NCBI GenBank assembly: GCA_910577555.1
Contig: CAJTLF010000009.1
Span: 4,709 to 68,708, forward strand
DNA: 64,000 bases
Source: an uncultured Christensenella sp.
GTDB taxonomy: Bacteria > Bacillota > Clostridia > Christensenellales > Borkfalkiaceae
Direction of reading: 5' to 3'
Part shown: positions 63,466 to 64,000 of the stretch, in pieces
How the letters are laid out: each line of letters starts with the position of its first letter
Numbering within the stretch: the stretch's first letter is position 1
Made by a program: the position numbers and the translations under genes
The notes under the pieces: generated by a model
What the model saw: the letters and a program-made list of their open reading frames with translations, nothing else
Told to the model about the DNA's origin: nothing
The model's database searches: none

Positions 63466-64000
63466 TTAAAATCTTCCTCCCATTCGAGTTACATATTGAG
63501 AAAAAATTTCCGCATATTTTTGTGGAATGTACAGAGCAATCATAGGGCAATAATGATTTATATTATCACGATTTGTAGGTCTTACATAATGAATTTGGAG
63601 TTGCATATTATCAATTCTGTCGTCGGCCATACTTCTATCGCCAGGATAGAAAGTTAAACTATCCAAATTAGGGTTACGTCCTTGAAAAAGTTGTTTAACT
63701 GAATTATCTTCAGATAAAGCACGTGTCTCATGTTTTATATCACGTACCCATAATAAATCAATAGCAGGTTTAAGCTCATCGGAATTATGCAACACTTCGT
63801 TTATGGCTGTAAAAAACGTTAAATTCAAAGATTCGTTACTATCATAATACAATTTTGATAATACATTATCAAAGAGCCAATGATAATTAACATTAGCAAC
63901 AAATCTATGCAAATTATCTCCGTTATATTGCTTATGAATAACTTTATGCGGTTGTAATTTTCTGATACTGTCTATTAATTCAGAATTCTTTATCGATTGT
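63466..64000 (-). CDS. C-terminal 178 codons of a larger unknown protein (5' part outside the window)
   Basis: The ORF track starts it at TTG 63912, but I translated 63913-63999 in the same frame and found no stop (..QSIKNSELIDSIRKLQPHKVIHKQYNGDNLHRF..), so it is open to the window edge. No family recognised. Confidence 0.6.
   Translation of the reverse strand, partial: QSIKNSELIDSIRKLQPHKVIHKQYNGDNLHRFVANVNYHWLFDNVLSKLYYDSNESLNLTFFTAINEVLHNSDELKPAIDLLWVRDIKHETRALSEDNSVKQLFQGRNPNLDSLTFYPGDRSMADDRIDNMQLQIHYVRPTNRDNINHYCPMIALYIPQKYAEIFSQYVTRMGGRF

Larger units (their letters stand above)
59330..64000. mobile_element. One end of an integrated mobile element (prophage, ICE or IME-like): repeat cluster, fic, int, xis, AT-rich cargo; the other end lies outside the window
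   Basis: Tyrosine integrase plus excisionase module. Stepwise G+C fall in single 60-nt lines: 59041 = 35/60, 59701 = 26/60, 61021 = 22/60, 63001 = 18/60, 62701 = 9/60. The boundary lies immediately after a core-operon terminator. Confidence 0.7.

Overview
This 64-kb window comes from a GC-rich chromosome that looks like an endospore-forming Firmicute or Clostridium. My hand counts of sample 60-nt lines in core genes gave 58-62% G+C. Sporulation markers present are yabP-yabQ-divIC, a sigH-like sigma factor, cwlD-like and pdaA-like cortex enzymes, and a SpoVB-like flippase.

Most of the window is ordinary, densely packed core genome:
- A glycan-utilisation locus with GH78 rhamnosidase, a domain-permuted exported GH3, a small membrane protein and a divergent DeoR regulator.
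- One tRNA-Thr(CGT).
- A pyrimidine operon, pyrB-pyrC-pyrF-pyrK-X-pyrD-pyrE, with an unknown membrane gene X embedded in it.
- A 1380-aa surface protein of unknown function.
- serS, a P-type ATPase and gyrB-gyrA.
- A long co-directional block mrnC-rlmB-sigH-dnaX-ybaB-recR-gpsA-typA.
- pflA-pflB preceded by a ZTP (pfl-motif) riboswitch.
- mcsA-mcsB-clpC without ctsR.
- A conserved but uncharacterised NifU-like + GGGtGRT two-gene operon.

From about 59.3 kb to the right edge the composition drops stepwise. Hand counts of single lines gave 43%, 37%, 30% and, in one line, 15% G+C. Here the genes switch to a mobile-element module: a class-II Fic with its own consensus promoter, a tyrosine integrase and an excisionase. 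Beyond them lies very AT-rich cargo, a PD-(D/E)XK-motif protein translationally coupled to a larger gene that runs off the window. The boundary carries a cluster of inverted and direct 11-mers.

I found no CRISPR array, no rRNA and no transposase. The best candidates for something new are the truncated AT-rich cargo operon on the integrated element and the NifU-like/GGGtGRT pair. Neither function can be established from sequence alone. All family calls come from motif recognition by eye, with no database search.
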